Positions 36,336-48,980 of a DNA stretch of 64,000 nucleotides are shown piece by piece; the first letter of the stretch is position 1, and each line of letters starts with the position of its first letter. The notes under the pieces are model-generated. The model was not told the DNA's origin, did not search any database, and saw nothing but the letters and a program-made list of their open reading frames with translations. The translations under genes and the position numbers were made by a program. The stretch is from positions 39,062,001-39,126,000 of the forward strand of contig CM052816.1 in NCBI GenBank assembly GCA_028534125.1, read 5' to 3'. This stretch comes from Lama glama (taxonomy: Eukaryota).

Positions 36336-39300
36336 GCCACATTCTATCTTCTTAACAGAAGAAAGAGTAGAAGGGAAAGGTGCTACACAACTTGGGGTAA
36401 ATTCTAGACACTGAATAACACAAACCTTGTTTTCTCAAAGGGAAAATGATAAGTTGGAATAGAGTGTGAGGAAACAAGAAACTTCTACACTTCTAAATTT
36501 AAAAAAGTTTCATTTTATGTTAGTAGTAATGTTAGTACATAAGGTGAATAAAAGGGGAGATGGTTATATAGTTATCTGATTTTTAGTACATCTTCCATTC
36601 ATGTATTCATTTATCCTTCGAATTTTCATTCAGCCTTTAACATGTGCCAGACACAATACAAGGCGCAGCAAATGCAAAGATGAATATATGGCATAGTCCC
36701 TATCTTCTAGGAGGAATTCACATGCATTCTGGGACTGACAGTAACAGTACATAAAAATAAAAAAGACACAAACTGAACAAATGCATGAAAGATAAAATCA
36801 CATTCTACAGATGGAAGTGTAATTGTAAATAGACTGATTCTCAAAAATTAATTTCCTTTAAAAACTTTTATTTATTTACATGAAATTTGTGTTTGATTTA
36901 AAATATATAATTACAGGAAAGCCTACACTAATTTAGAAGAAGGGTCAAGTTTTCTTTGCACTATTACAAGAAAGATTCTTACAGTACCTTGAGAACTGAT
37001 TTTCTCAATTAATATAGCAGAATCACTTTTAATACAAACATTTACTGTAGCATGCAAGGCACTAAGGACTTTTAGGATAAGAAGCTAAATATAATTTGAG
37101 AGTAAAAAGACTGCATGTTTTAGAAAAAAATTTTTAAAAAAGGCTTTATGTTACTCTAAACTAGTAATGTTAAGAACTAGAGGTATAGTTTATTTCAGTG
37201 TACTTCTTTGACTCATTTAACAAAAACTTCTTCCAACCGATGAACAGAGAATATTTTCTTAAACAGCTAGGTATACTCAGTTACACCCATAAGACAGAAA
37301 CTTTTGGGTAGTAGAAAACATCAGGAGTTTGTTGATTTGGAACCATGCCATCATTTGTCTTCTTTGTGCTATGAAAAGTACATTTTAGAGGGTATCCATC
37401 TTTGAAAAATTAATGCATTTATTATTCTAATTCTATACCAGAAAAAATTTAAAAACATATTTAATGGGCTTTATAAATTGGAATACTTTCCAAGAGGAAC
37501 AAGACACAAAATTTCTCCATATAAATATTGGACTTGAAAGAGAAAATCATGAATGTAAGTCTTCAGAACACCATTCTTGAGTCTAGGCATGTTCTTACCA
37601 GTGGCCAGCTGTCCTACAGTTTTTCTAAGACTTGCAGCAACCAGGAACTGTTTTTATTCTCAGTTTAGAATGGTCACCCCAAATGGTTGGAAAGCTTCGT
37701 GTTTCTCATGTCTCCTAGCAGCGTGGGTCCCTGAAGAGCAGTGCTGGCCAGGATCATGATGTCATTCCTACTGTGCCATGAGTGTACAAGGGCTAAATTG
37801 TTTTCCATCTTGTTTTTAAGTATATTGCTTAAAACTATTGAATATATTGCCTAGGTTTACACAAATGTACCAAGTATCTAGAGCATATTAGAATTTTAAC
37901 TTGTTTATTAATTTACAGAAATTTTTTCTATAGCATATCAATTTCTATAATAAACCACTCAGTGCCATATTGTTTCATCTCTTAAAATAGCTAAATAAAA
38001 AGATGTAATTCTAGGCTTTTTAGGGAACGATTTCCATAACCTACTAGTAGAAGAAACTTCCTATGTACATCAAGCGTGGTTAGCTGTAAATTACAGGAAT
38101 TTTAACCATAAACCTTTACCCTATTGTATGTAACAATTTGTGTCGATTTTGTGGTAAAAGTTCTGTGTAGAAACAATAAGTGGTTTCTCATGGGCTACAA
38201 ACCTACGCTTCCTGTGGGGCTACACTGGTGATCCTTGTCCATGGGAACTGCCCCTTAGAACTACATCCTGTTCCAGCTCTAATGGAAAGGAGTTTGTAAT
38301 CTAATGAACTTTTATTTTACAACTTTCTTCCCTCAAAGGAAGTCAGTGTACATTTCATTACAACACGCTTACAATATTCTGGTGATGTAAGAGGCAAAAC
38401 TTGCTTTTCACAGCTCTAAAATGATGAAACGGGTATGTGTTGAAATTAAGCGGTTTAACAGAAGTCACTCAGAAGTGCAGATCTGACTCTCTAACCTCCA
38501 TTTCCTTTCTGTTCTCTCAAGCCATGTTCTTCACACACTACAGATCCATAGCAACCTCTGTTTTGCTTCCATAGCCCCAGAGTTTCTGATTATTTAAATT
38601 CCACAAGTCAATGTGCAATAAAGATGATGCTGTTGAAGAGACTTGAGTTTTCTGCACCTGCTTTATAGTGCAGTGTTTTGGAGGTAATCAGCATTTTCCT
38701 AAAGCTTTATGTTTAAATTTATCTTGCTAAATATGACTTTTCCTTTTATTTGTGTCTGCTTGGTCATCAAAATCATCATCTGCTTTTTCCTGCCAGTGAT
38801 AGAGGAAGGGCATTATCCTAAATGGGTTGAGTAGGGTAATTTTTATCTAAAGAAAAGTTCTTAATTGCACAGATTTGTGCAATGGTGACAGGAACAGATA
38901 AAGGCGTTCACAAACGGTTGGTAAATTCTTTGTGGCTGAAGCGAGTAACCCAAACTCTAATTGGTAGCAGAGAGACTGGAAGTTCTCTGTATTTGATAGA
39001 AAGAAAATACCTCAGCTGGCATGATCCGGTTATGGCTCTCCAGAAGAGGGCACCAACTTTCAAGGATGGAAACAACAGGAAAGAATCTATATCAAGACAA
39101 GGACAAGGTCAATTCTCTCGTCTTTCATAACTGAGGATTTTTTTCAAGGAAGGAAAGATTAGAAATTAATACCAAACTATAAAGCATACAGCTATAATTC
39201 ACTTGGAATTTAAGAAAGCATTATGTTTTGAAATTTAATATGTTACATTTTCTTGCTTTAAAAATATCAATACTTTGTTGTTATTTCCAAAAGTTACACG

Positions 39301-41821
39301 TGAAGGTACTAAAAAAAAAACGCTGATTTAGATCATCTAAACCAGGTAGACCAGGCAATTTAAGTCTACAGTCAGTTTCCCAAGCACCAGCTTGCAGTAA
39401 GCTCATCTTGAGAGGAACTTTTCATGAGCAATTCTTGTTAGACTTAACACATAGGCAGTTACTTTATAGGGGCTCTTGGACTAGTTCCTGAAAGAGTCCT
39501 TTAACAATTTTTCTCTCATTTTTAAAGATTTGATTTTAATGACCTGGCTGATTACTATTTTGAAACGATTTAAATATAAATGTGTCACTGTTATTAATTT
39601 TGGTCTTTTATATTTCAGAACTTAAAATTTCTTGACTTTTTTTCTGAGCTCTTTTTTGAAGTGGATCTTGGTACTGACCAGGTACCATTTGATGAAACAT
39701 GAGGTCTTTATGCCAACAGTCAACAAACATTTATGGGGCACCAACTCATTTAAGCCATTGTCCTAAAAGCATGGGCAAAGTGCCAAGATTATTAAGCAAT
39801 TTGAATAAACTTCAGATACATGTAGTTCTGATTTGATTATTTTTATTTGTCAATCAGTACAAACAACCAATTAGTTCTACCTTACAATCAGGAAATCTCT
39901 CTCTTTCTTTTAAAAATGAATTAACTATTTGATACACAAAATTGACTTTCTTTTTTCAGGAAAGTAGTTGGATTGGGTCTTGTGTTTAAGCACAACCTCA
40001 GTTGTCAAAACTCTAATTCTCATTAACTGAACTGAATCAGATATATAGAGGCACAGACAGTTTTATCTTTTGCTCTATGTTTTCTCTTTCTATCAGCTGT
40101 TGCTTTTCTTCCCTACATGGCCTATGACTTAGCAACTATTACCTAAGTTTTGCAACAGTTTAGCAACCATTATCTAAGTTTACAGACCATACACCAGTGC
40201 GAAAGACTCAGGTTCTAGGTGGTAAGTGCCATACTAAAAATACAGCGACAAATAGAAGATACAAAGTTATATGATAATTTCAGAAACACCTGGGTGAAAC
40301 TCTCTCCAAGGTACATTTTAATTTAAAGGATATTAAACAGATACATTTTTGTGGTTTTATTTTTTGCTTTCTTGTGTGATATTCTGGGCAATCTTTTCTC
40401 TTTTTTTTCCTAGTTCATCAACCATTTTACCTATTTTAGCTTTATCTTTTGTTTTTATCCCAATTGATCAGGCCAAATTGAACATGTCATTAAATTCATA
40501 AGGCTTAGTCTGTGTAACTCACTGTAATTTCCTACAGATCTCCTTAGCTTCTGTGCACTAGACTTTTGCTTTGCAAAAACAAAACAAACAGTAAAACATA
40601 AACAAAAATAACCTTATTAAAATATAATCCCTTGAGGCACAATTTATAGTATAGTGAAAATTATGAAATGCAAAAGGACTTGGTAAAAAAAAATCTCACA
40701 GAATGCTCTTCTTAGTCCTAGTAAGAAATAGTAACTATTCCATAAAATTACTTTGCTTCCATCAGCATCTCTGTGGCAGGTTAAAGAGGAGATATGCTAA
40801 TCTTTAAGTTCCACAGTTTACCCAAATAATGTGTTACAAGGCACAGTATTATTTGATTTAGGGCGTAATATGTAGACCATCTAAAATATTACATAGTGAC
40901 CACTCAGTAAACAGTCTTAATGAGCTTGTTTTGAAAATAGGAGTTGGGCAGCCCCTGTTGGCCTATTGTTTTCCTTTCCCAGGAGACATAGGCTGGCAGA
41001 CTCAGAGCAGTTAATCAGGAGATTTGCTCAGCCCTTTGTCCTTCCTTCTGGGAGATAATTCACACCCCATCTCTCCACAGCACTTACCAATGCAGTAAGG
41101 CATACCAACTACAAGCAGGTCGGGAGGCTTACGTGTGTCACTATGGCAGGGAACATTTGTTCCTGCTGGAGAGCCCTGGAGGGGCAGCAGACTAGGAACC
41201 CTCTTTTGATCCTTTCTAAGGTTGGACTTTAGGGAGTTTAAATTCTTTCCTGCCAATGACTAAGAGTCACTGGTTCCCTCCTCCCTTTTCTCCTTAGTGT
41301 AATGTAGTTCTGTCTAACCTGGTTTAAGGATTCCATGGAGATGAAAAGACTCAGATAAAGGACTGGAAATTATACTTGAAAGGATCCAAGTGGAGAGAGA
41401 AAGTTTTCAAGAATCAGTATTTGTCCCACATCACAAAGGTCTGGGTAGAGAAACATGGATAAAACTTAAAGTTGAAGAAACTGTAGCAGAGGATTCAGTA
41501 CAGCATAAACAAACAGTAAGATGGCAACTGGTTACTTTAAACAACAAAAAATTGGGCACACTAGGGACAAAATTAAGAACAATAGCAAACTAGTTAAACA
41601 TTAGGAATAATATATTTTTTATTTATAACTGAGAATACTAAGGATATAAAATGTTTTCTAAAACTTTTCTAAGTCTGGTACCCCACAATGTTAGTAGCAT
41701 GTGAATTCTAAAAATACTCCAGAGAGTTCTGAAAAGGGAACTTATTAATAAAGCTCAAGTACAATTAATGACTTTGCTGGAGAATTTGGTATCTATAACA
41801 CATTTAAGGATACAAAATTGT

Positions 41822-42310
41822 AGTAGTCAGGAATCACTAAATTGTAAGGGATAAGCACAAATCAAACTAACTAAAGAAAACAAAAACAAAAGAATTCATT
41901 GGCACAAATTACTGAAATTGAAGAGCTATGCTTCAGTTATAAGAGATTTAAATGATCTTAGAATTCTTTCTCTCTGTCTCCATTCCTGCTTCTATTGTGT
42001 GTTGGTTTCATTCTAGAGATAGGCTCTTTCCTTATGCCTGGGAAGAAGATTGCTACTAGCTTACATTTACATGCAGCCAGGTAGAACTTCAGTGGAAAAA
42101 GTCTTATTATCTCTCCATCAGTTTCAGTGAAGATTCGTATTGCTTGAGTCATGTGACCAGCCTTGGGTCAGCCAAGGTCATATGGCCACATTGAAGTAGG
42201 GAGGGGTTCTCTGAGGATTAGTCCAAACCAGAACACATGGGGGAAAACCTGGTGCTGTTCCCACAGAAGGGAGAAAGAATACTAGGCAGGCGAACCAACA
42301 AATTTCCTAA
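41822..42310 (-). mobile_element. Old MLT1 (K/L-like) LTR
   Basis: tagtcaggaatc..aaatcaaactaactaaag..aattcattggcac..gagtcatgtgacc. Confidence 0.5.
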
Positions 42311-43653
42311 TGTAGTGATATTTTTAATTGGGTGTGGTGGAAAATAACATTTATAAGCATTGATTTTTAAAAACTCAAGTTGAGGCCGCTTTACTAACAA
42401 AACACTATAAAAATATGTGTTATGATTTAAATTGAAAGAGGATATAGCTTACTTATTAATGTTCTTCATATTCATGATTCTTTAAAAATTTTAGGCAGTT
42501 AAAAATAAACTAGCTAAATGTAATTAATTGCATTTGCAAATCCTATAGCAAATGGCACTGAAGGAAAAGTATGATAATTTCAATTAACTGACTTCAGTGA
42601 CAGAAATATACAAATGAAGTTGTCATAGGAGGTTAATGATTCTGATTCTAGTTACAGTATACTCATGTTGGCATGATACTGATGATAGTTGTCAGGGTGC
42701 ACAAAATGAAAGTAATTCCTCAGAGCAGCAGTTCTTTAAAATTCACATGTGGCTAATGTAAAATAAGTCAAGAATTATTAAATAAAATTATTCTTATTAA
42801 AAATGGATTTTAAAGCTTGTGGTTCTATCTGTAAATAGAAAGACTTGACATATCTTCCAGGTATAGATGTTATAACCATTAATTATATAATACTCAAGAA
42901 AAAAATTGATTAAACTTTTTAGAGGAGATTTTATACCTGGGTCATATAGAATATATGATTAGAGTTCATGTTCTTGACGTCCTCAGTAGCTATGACCAAT
43001 ACTTAACTTTTGAAAAAGTAATTTGTAGCAGCGCTATCTAGAAGTCAATAACCGCAATAAATTTAGGCTATCTTTGTGACAAAGTTTGCTGATGTTAATT
43101 TAAAAGATGTTTATGTTGGTGAACTGGAGGGAAATAAATACTCAGGTTCTCTAGAGATTTTAAAATAAAAGTCCAAAAGTAACTTACTGTGAAAATCTGG
43201 AAATAACATTCTCCCTCCTCTGGATAACAGACTCTAATGTGAAAACTGATTTGTGAGTTAAGAGAGGAAGAGGGGTAGAAAGGAAAGCTCACTTCCTTTT
43301 TACTCTTCTTAGTGCTTAGTACTCTTAGGAAAGTGAAAACTGACAACTGCATAACCTCATGTTTTAAGCTTCTCATATGTAGGTAAAACAAAAACTAGAA
43401 TTTCACAAGCTTAAATATTCACAATTTTACAATAGTGGTTCTATTAAAGTATATAAAGTATATTTCCTAGGGAAGAAACTCTTCAGAATACATAAATATG
43501 CTTTTGTAGTCACATGAATCTTTTAAGACAGTTTTATTTTGCTGATACTTCTAGATCTAACTTAATATTGTAAATATACGCCTTAAATATTCATGATTAA
43601 TATATTGAACTAAAAGTTATTTTCCTGCAAGTAATTTCTTGAAATCGTGCCAA

Positions 43654-43870
43654 AATTTTTTTATTGAAGTATAGTCAGTTTACGGTGTTGTGTGTATGGC
43701 ATAATAGTTCAACCATACATATATACATGCATACATGTATTTGTTTTCATATTCTTTTTCATTATAGGTTACTATAAGATATTGAATATAGTTCCCTGTG
43801 TTATACAGTATAAACTTGTTTATTTTATATATAGTAGTTAGTATCTGCAAATCTCAAACTCCCAATTTAT
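43654..43870 (-). mobile_element. L1 3' UTR fragment
   Basis: ttttttattgaagtatagtcagtttac..agatattgaatatagttccctgtg..gcaaatctcaaactcccaattta, matching other L1 tails in the window. Confidence 0.85.
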
Positions 43871-44074
43871 TGTTTTGTTCCTTTGTAGCTATAAAAAAGG
43901 AAAATTTAAATGAAAATGCTTCATTATATACACTTTTCAATAATAAAATTGATAATGTAGCTGAATTCGAAAAAAGTATTTTAAGATTCTATAAAACGTG
44001 TATGATTAGATTGTCTGTCAACTCTAAGAAGTATTTGTAATCAGAAATTTAAATCAAGTTATCAGATTACATGA

Positions 44075-44350
44075 ATTGTTTATTTTATTCACTCGGCAAA
44101 TATTTGTTGGGCACCTATTGTGTGATAGGTGCCATCTAAGCACTGGGATTGCATTCACCAGAATCTGTTCTTTTGGATTTTAGTTTTCAAGATGGCAGAT
44201 AAATCAATAAATAAGATACTTTCAAATGATGATAGTGTTACAGACAGTAAAAATAAGTAATGGATAGTGTGTACTTAATGTTTGAACCTTGTGTCCTAGG
44301 TTTAGGAAATGGGGTTACTCTTTGATGGAATGGTTACAAAAGGTCTTTCT
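44075..44350 (-). mobile_element. L2 3' relic
   Basis: attcactcggcaaatatttgttgggcacctattgtgtgataggtgcc. Confidence 0.65.
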
Positions 44351-44950
44351 GCAGCATTACCAACCTTAGGAAACACTTAATTTATGTCTTTTACTAATAT
44401 TTTGGAAAGTATAATATCTAACATCCAAAAAAAGAGATCAGAAATGTACTTAAAGATCTACTATTGCAAAATCAGCAGGCCTCTGTGCTTATAAGGCTGA
44501 GTTCTGTTTATAGTGAAAAATGACCCTGCTGACAGCTAGTTTGTGAGGGTGCAACTGGGAACTGAAACAGAAACCATAACTTTTCAAAGGATACTGGACC
44601 ATGCCTTGCAAAACAGGTGGGTTGCACTGAACCAAACCATGACATCCATCACAGACTTAGACTAGCAGTTTTTTCAACCCACACATTTCAAGCACGATCA
44701 CAGACAAACTGACTGAATATTAACTCCTCAGGAATTCTCTAAAGAGGAGATCACTGACTGCTCCAGCAATTCCATACTCTACAACCTGTGGCCAGTCCTG
44801 CCTGGACCATCCTACTTCTGACTCCAGGCTCCCAAATTCTATGAGTGTTTCCTAACTCCCTCTTTTTGAATGCCTGTTTGTCCACTGCGTGCATATAGAG
44901 AGGCAATACAAAGCTACGTGAAATGTATAGTTCCTGCAACAGGATTTAGG

Positions 44951-45129
44951 AGATGGGTTCTCCACCCTGACTGCATGTTAGAAATATCTGGGAAGTTTTT
45001 AAAATTCCTGATACTTGGATCACACCCGACACCAATTAAATCAGAATCTCTGAGGATGCAACTCAGGCATCAGTATTTTTCAAAGCTCTCTAGATGATTA
45101 TAGTGTGTGGTCATAACCTAGAACCACTA
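44951..45129. mobile_element. MER5A-like hAT-Charlie MITE
   Basis: ggttctc..ctgcatgttagaaatatctggg..aattaaatcagaatctctgagg..ggcatcagtatttttcaaagctc..agaaccact. Confidence 0.85.
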
Positions 45130-45705
45130 CTTCAGAAATAAACTGAGTTACCTACATCAGTGTGTCACTTAGGAAAACAATATAGTATTCCAGACTGGGT
45201 AAAACAAACAAACAAAAAACCCGAAAGAAACACTTAAAATAGTACCTCTTAGATTTATTTGTTAAAGAGGCTATTTCTGTGGGGTGGTGCTAAATGTTAC
45301 ACTAACACATTTGAAACCATCCTAGTACTCAATATTATATTTAATGCCCCACCAGTTCTACATTTGCTCTTGTTTTTCTGCCAGAAATACTTAGTGTTGA
45401 GCTTAAAATTTTGTGATATTTCTAATACATGAAACATCTATCTTGATTAAGCATATTGAATAATCAGTGTTTATTAAAGAACAGAATTTCTGATTAATTT
45501 GACAAGATTTTCAGCTTATATTATTAGAATGCCCTTCTTATTATCACTGCGTTATTTTTCATTAGAACTTGTGTTGTCTTTAACCAATTGATAATTTAGT
45601 GATATTTATCAGTATCCATTTGGTTAAGCTTGGGCTTTTGTGTTATATTTGTTTGAATTACGGCTAGCTATGTGTTCTTAGTAAATTAAGTACTTCTCTT
45701 GCCAA

Positions 45706-46111
45706 TGTAAAAAATTAATACAGAAACCTCAATTAAATAGAATCAGGAGACGAGAAGAGGGATCTCATGCCCTGTGATGATAGCAGAACCCAGCAGCAAG
45801 AAGCCAGATTCCTCTTCTCTCCTGGCAAGGACTCAGCTGATGGAAAGCCATGGATTTTTTGTTTACTATGGCCTTCCCAACTCTCTTTTCCTCTCTATGA
45901 AAGGCTTTTCCTTCCTTTGTGTACACAGGGATTTGCATGTAGCTCGCCACAGTTGCAAGATGGATTTATTATCTGCTGATAATAAATAATAAATAAATTT
46001 AATAAATTTTTATATTTAATAAATAAATATAAATAAATAAATTTATAATCTGCTGATAATAAATCCATCTTTGCTAGAGAAATATTTGGCAGCCTTTTTG
46101 TTTCAGATCAA
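45706..46111 (+). mobile_element. ERV1 solo LTR (MER34-like) inserted in a MIR, carrying a templated AT-rich insertion
   Basis: Starts tgtaa; cctggcaaggactcagc..aaagccatgga..ttgtttactat; ends catctttgctagagaaatatttggcagc..gtttcagatcaa; MIR halves on both sides. Confidence 0.7.
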
Positions 46112-47437
46112 TCCCTTCTTTCCTTTATGTCTTTGAAATTGGGATAATATGTGTGCCTAATTCACAGAGTATAGGATTAAATGACAAAGCACATGAAACG
46201 TGCTTTGCACAGTACCTGACAAAGCACTAAGTAATAACTATTATTACGTAATTTTAATATTATGTACATTGGTATGATTAGGAGTAAGCTCTCATTTCTG
46301 TATATCAAAGAGATGAATATTTTTTACATATTCTGAATAACTAGAATGTATCCAACTTTGGGCCATAAGGCATATGTAGATTTCTTATTTCTTCCTCTTT
46401 GTGTGAAGCAGATCTTATTATCCTAGCTTTATAAATGAAACTCTGATGACAAGGGAGATTAACTATGCATATTATTTTATTCCAGTGAGCACACTTATTG
46501 ATACATAGTAACAACCACCTTAATAATGAGTCCCCACAAACCCTTGCCTCTCATATTAATTTAAATAGTAGAAGATAGTCGTGTATTGTACTGTGTGGAA
46601 TATTTTGTGTGTGTGTGGTTCTCTTTGTGATTATTTAATCTTGGCACTTGGGACAATAAAAGTCCAGCAAGTGTGAGACTCTCTACGAGTACCGTTAAAG
46701 GTTTTCTTTTCCCTTTGGAAAACAGAAAGGGATGTGGGGATGTTCAGAATTCACAAAACAGGCACCTTGTACACAGTAGACTGAGGTAACCCTATAGTGG
46801 CCAGAATTTGATTTGATTTGTTTGATTTCTAATCTTAGCATCCTATTTTTCCTAAGGAAAGTAATCCAAATCGACCAATAATAGTTAGACCTGCTTGCTC
46901 CTTTAACTGAATCATAAATGAGAAAAGAGAAATAACAGTCCCTTTGTACTCCAGCTCCTTTCTCTCTTTCTGCTTTGTCTGCCTTAGAGGAGAATAACCC
47001 TCACAGGCAGGCCTGTGTTAATTAACAGGAGCTATGAGACAGGGTGTGCAGAGGAAGCACTACAGGGGTCTAGAGGTGGGTGGCTATGGAGAATATTTTA
47101 CTTGCTCTAATGATGCTTTGAGGCCCTACTTGTATGCCAGTAGCTTGTTCTCTGTAAAAACAAGATAAATCATTAGTACGGAAGCCCAACATACACCTGT
47201 TTTTGCTTAAAAGGCTCATAAACGTAGTATTCATCACTATCCCTTCTACCCTGAGGAAGAATATCCAGATGGTGAAATTCATTCTCCGGTAACCAGAGTT
47301 GTGACTACTTTCTGCCATTTTTCTTTTTTGTTTTATCCACAATACCACAAATAATAAGTCTCTTTCCTTCATTGGTGCTTAGTACTTGACATTAAGAGTT
47401 CTTAATCTGGTTGGAACTTGAGCTTGTATAATTCTTC

Positions 47438-47760
47438 AGTTAGTCCTTGCCTTAATCTGAGATCTTAAAAACAGAGCCTGAATAAAAGGGTGCGTGTGCC
47501 AGTGGTTATTGGGGGGGGCAGACCCGACAGCACCCGTGAGGGAAGGTCAAACAGGGAGGCGGGAGAAGCCAAGACAAGGTAAGTTACTGAGATGGTCACT
47601 GCTGTAGGTAACAGGGCTCCACCCTTCTGAGGTGGGTGTGGAACACTCAGAACATCCTCCCCGAGGGTGCACCGGAGGAAGCATTTGCTGTTAGTTCTCA
47701 TGCCCCACTGAGTGAGGCTTACCCAGTGTTATTACTCCCAAATTGGCCTTGTGTGTGTGG
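47438..47760 (-). mobile_element. LTR33-like ERVL LTR fragment
   Basis: aacagagcctga..gagaagccaagacaagg..tactgagatggtcactgctgtaggtaacagggctc..ctcagaacatcc. Confidence 0.55.
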
Positions 47761-48754
47761 AATGGAATCCTGCACTTGCTCTGTGAGTCATTTTGAATCA
47801 GTCACGTTTCACTTTACGTATTCTAAAAGGGAAAAAGTATGTGCTTCATAGCAAGAATCTGAGTGTTAGCACTACTGTCAGAAAAACGTTTGGTACAAAT
47901 TCCCTGGAAGGTATTAAGTCATATGGAAGAGGTGTTTTGCAATCACATCACATAACTTTAAAAACAATGATCAAAATTATTTCTCGTGAACCATACAGCA
48001 ATCTTTTTGTTAAACAAGGCAAGCATTATATGTATTTTATGAGTAAGGACTTTGAGACAGAGACTATATGATTTAACTAAAATCTCTTACCTGGTAGGGG
48101 GCAATACTAGTTTTCTGCCTCTTCTTCTAAGTATTTAATTTCTTTCATTAATTTTTAACAAATATTAAAACAGCTTAGTCGGTCTTCAATTTGCAAATTA
48201 TAATTTACTTACAAATGCAACTTATGGATCATAGCTCAGTTGCAGTGGACTAATTAACATGTTTGCTCACTGAGCTTGTTGAGTAGCTCATTCTCTATCA
48301 TTGACTTTACTGCTAGAAACTGGACGAGGCCCTGCCAAGTCATTTTCCCATGTCAGAGTTCACTGTGGAAGGACCAGTTTAATTATCTCCACTGCCTTCT
48401 AGCCCTTAATTAAATTAGTGATTCCTGCAGTCTTCCTTAAATAAAGTTCTTAGGAAGCAGTTTGGGTCAAATGATTCAGATTAAGTATTCACATCTGGAT
48501 GTTAATTTTTTAAATGCCTAAGTAACTGAAAAAAAGTATACAAAAATAGCTTATAATTCAAAGAGTCAGAGACAGAGTTCTATAAACTTCATTAATCCAG
48601 AATTCACCATTTAACAGGAAAGTTGTTCATGACCGCAATAAATTTATAAAGATTATTCTTTGCATTTGTTTATTTAATGGAAAGTGTACTGCAGCTCTAC
48701 ATCCCAGCTTAAAAAGTAGCAGCACGTTCCCTTTCAGATGTTTGTCATACTCAG

Positions 48755-48980
48755 CTTGTGCCCAGCACTGCTCTAAGTTTCTTATGTATACTAACACACT
48801 TAATTTTCATAATAAACTTATGAGATAGGAACAGTTGTTAGACCCATTTTATAGAAGAAGAAACTGAAGCACAAACTGGTTAGGTGACTTGCTCAAAGTC
48901 ATATAGCTGGTAAGTGGCAGAACCTTGTTGTAAACCATTATGGCCGGGCTCTAAGGTCTGTCCTTTAATTGCCTTGCTTG
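48755..48980 (-). mobile_element. MIR SINE
   Basis: cccattttatagaagaagaaactgaagcac..ggttaggtgactttgctcaaagtcatatagctggtaagtggcagaac. Confidence 0.85.

Noticed and set aside
42923..43017. Plus-strand exon-like open frame (EILYLGHIEYMIRVHVLDVLSSYDQYLTFEK)
   Set aside because: Short pyrimidine tract, weak donor (aaa|gtaatt), no recognisable homology.
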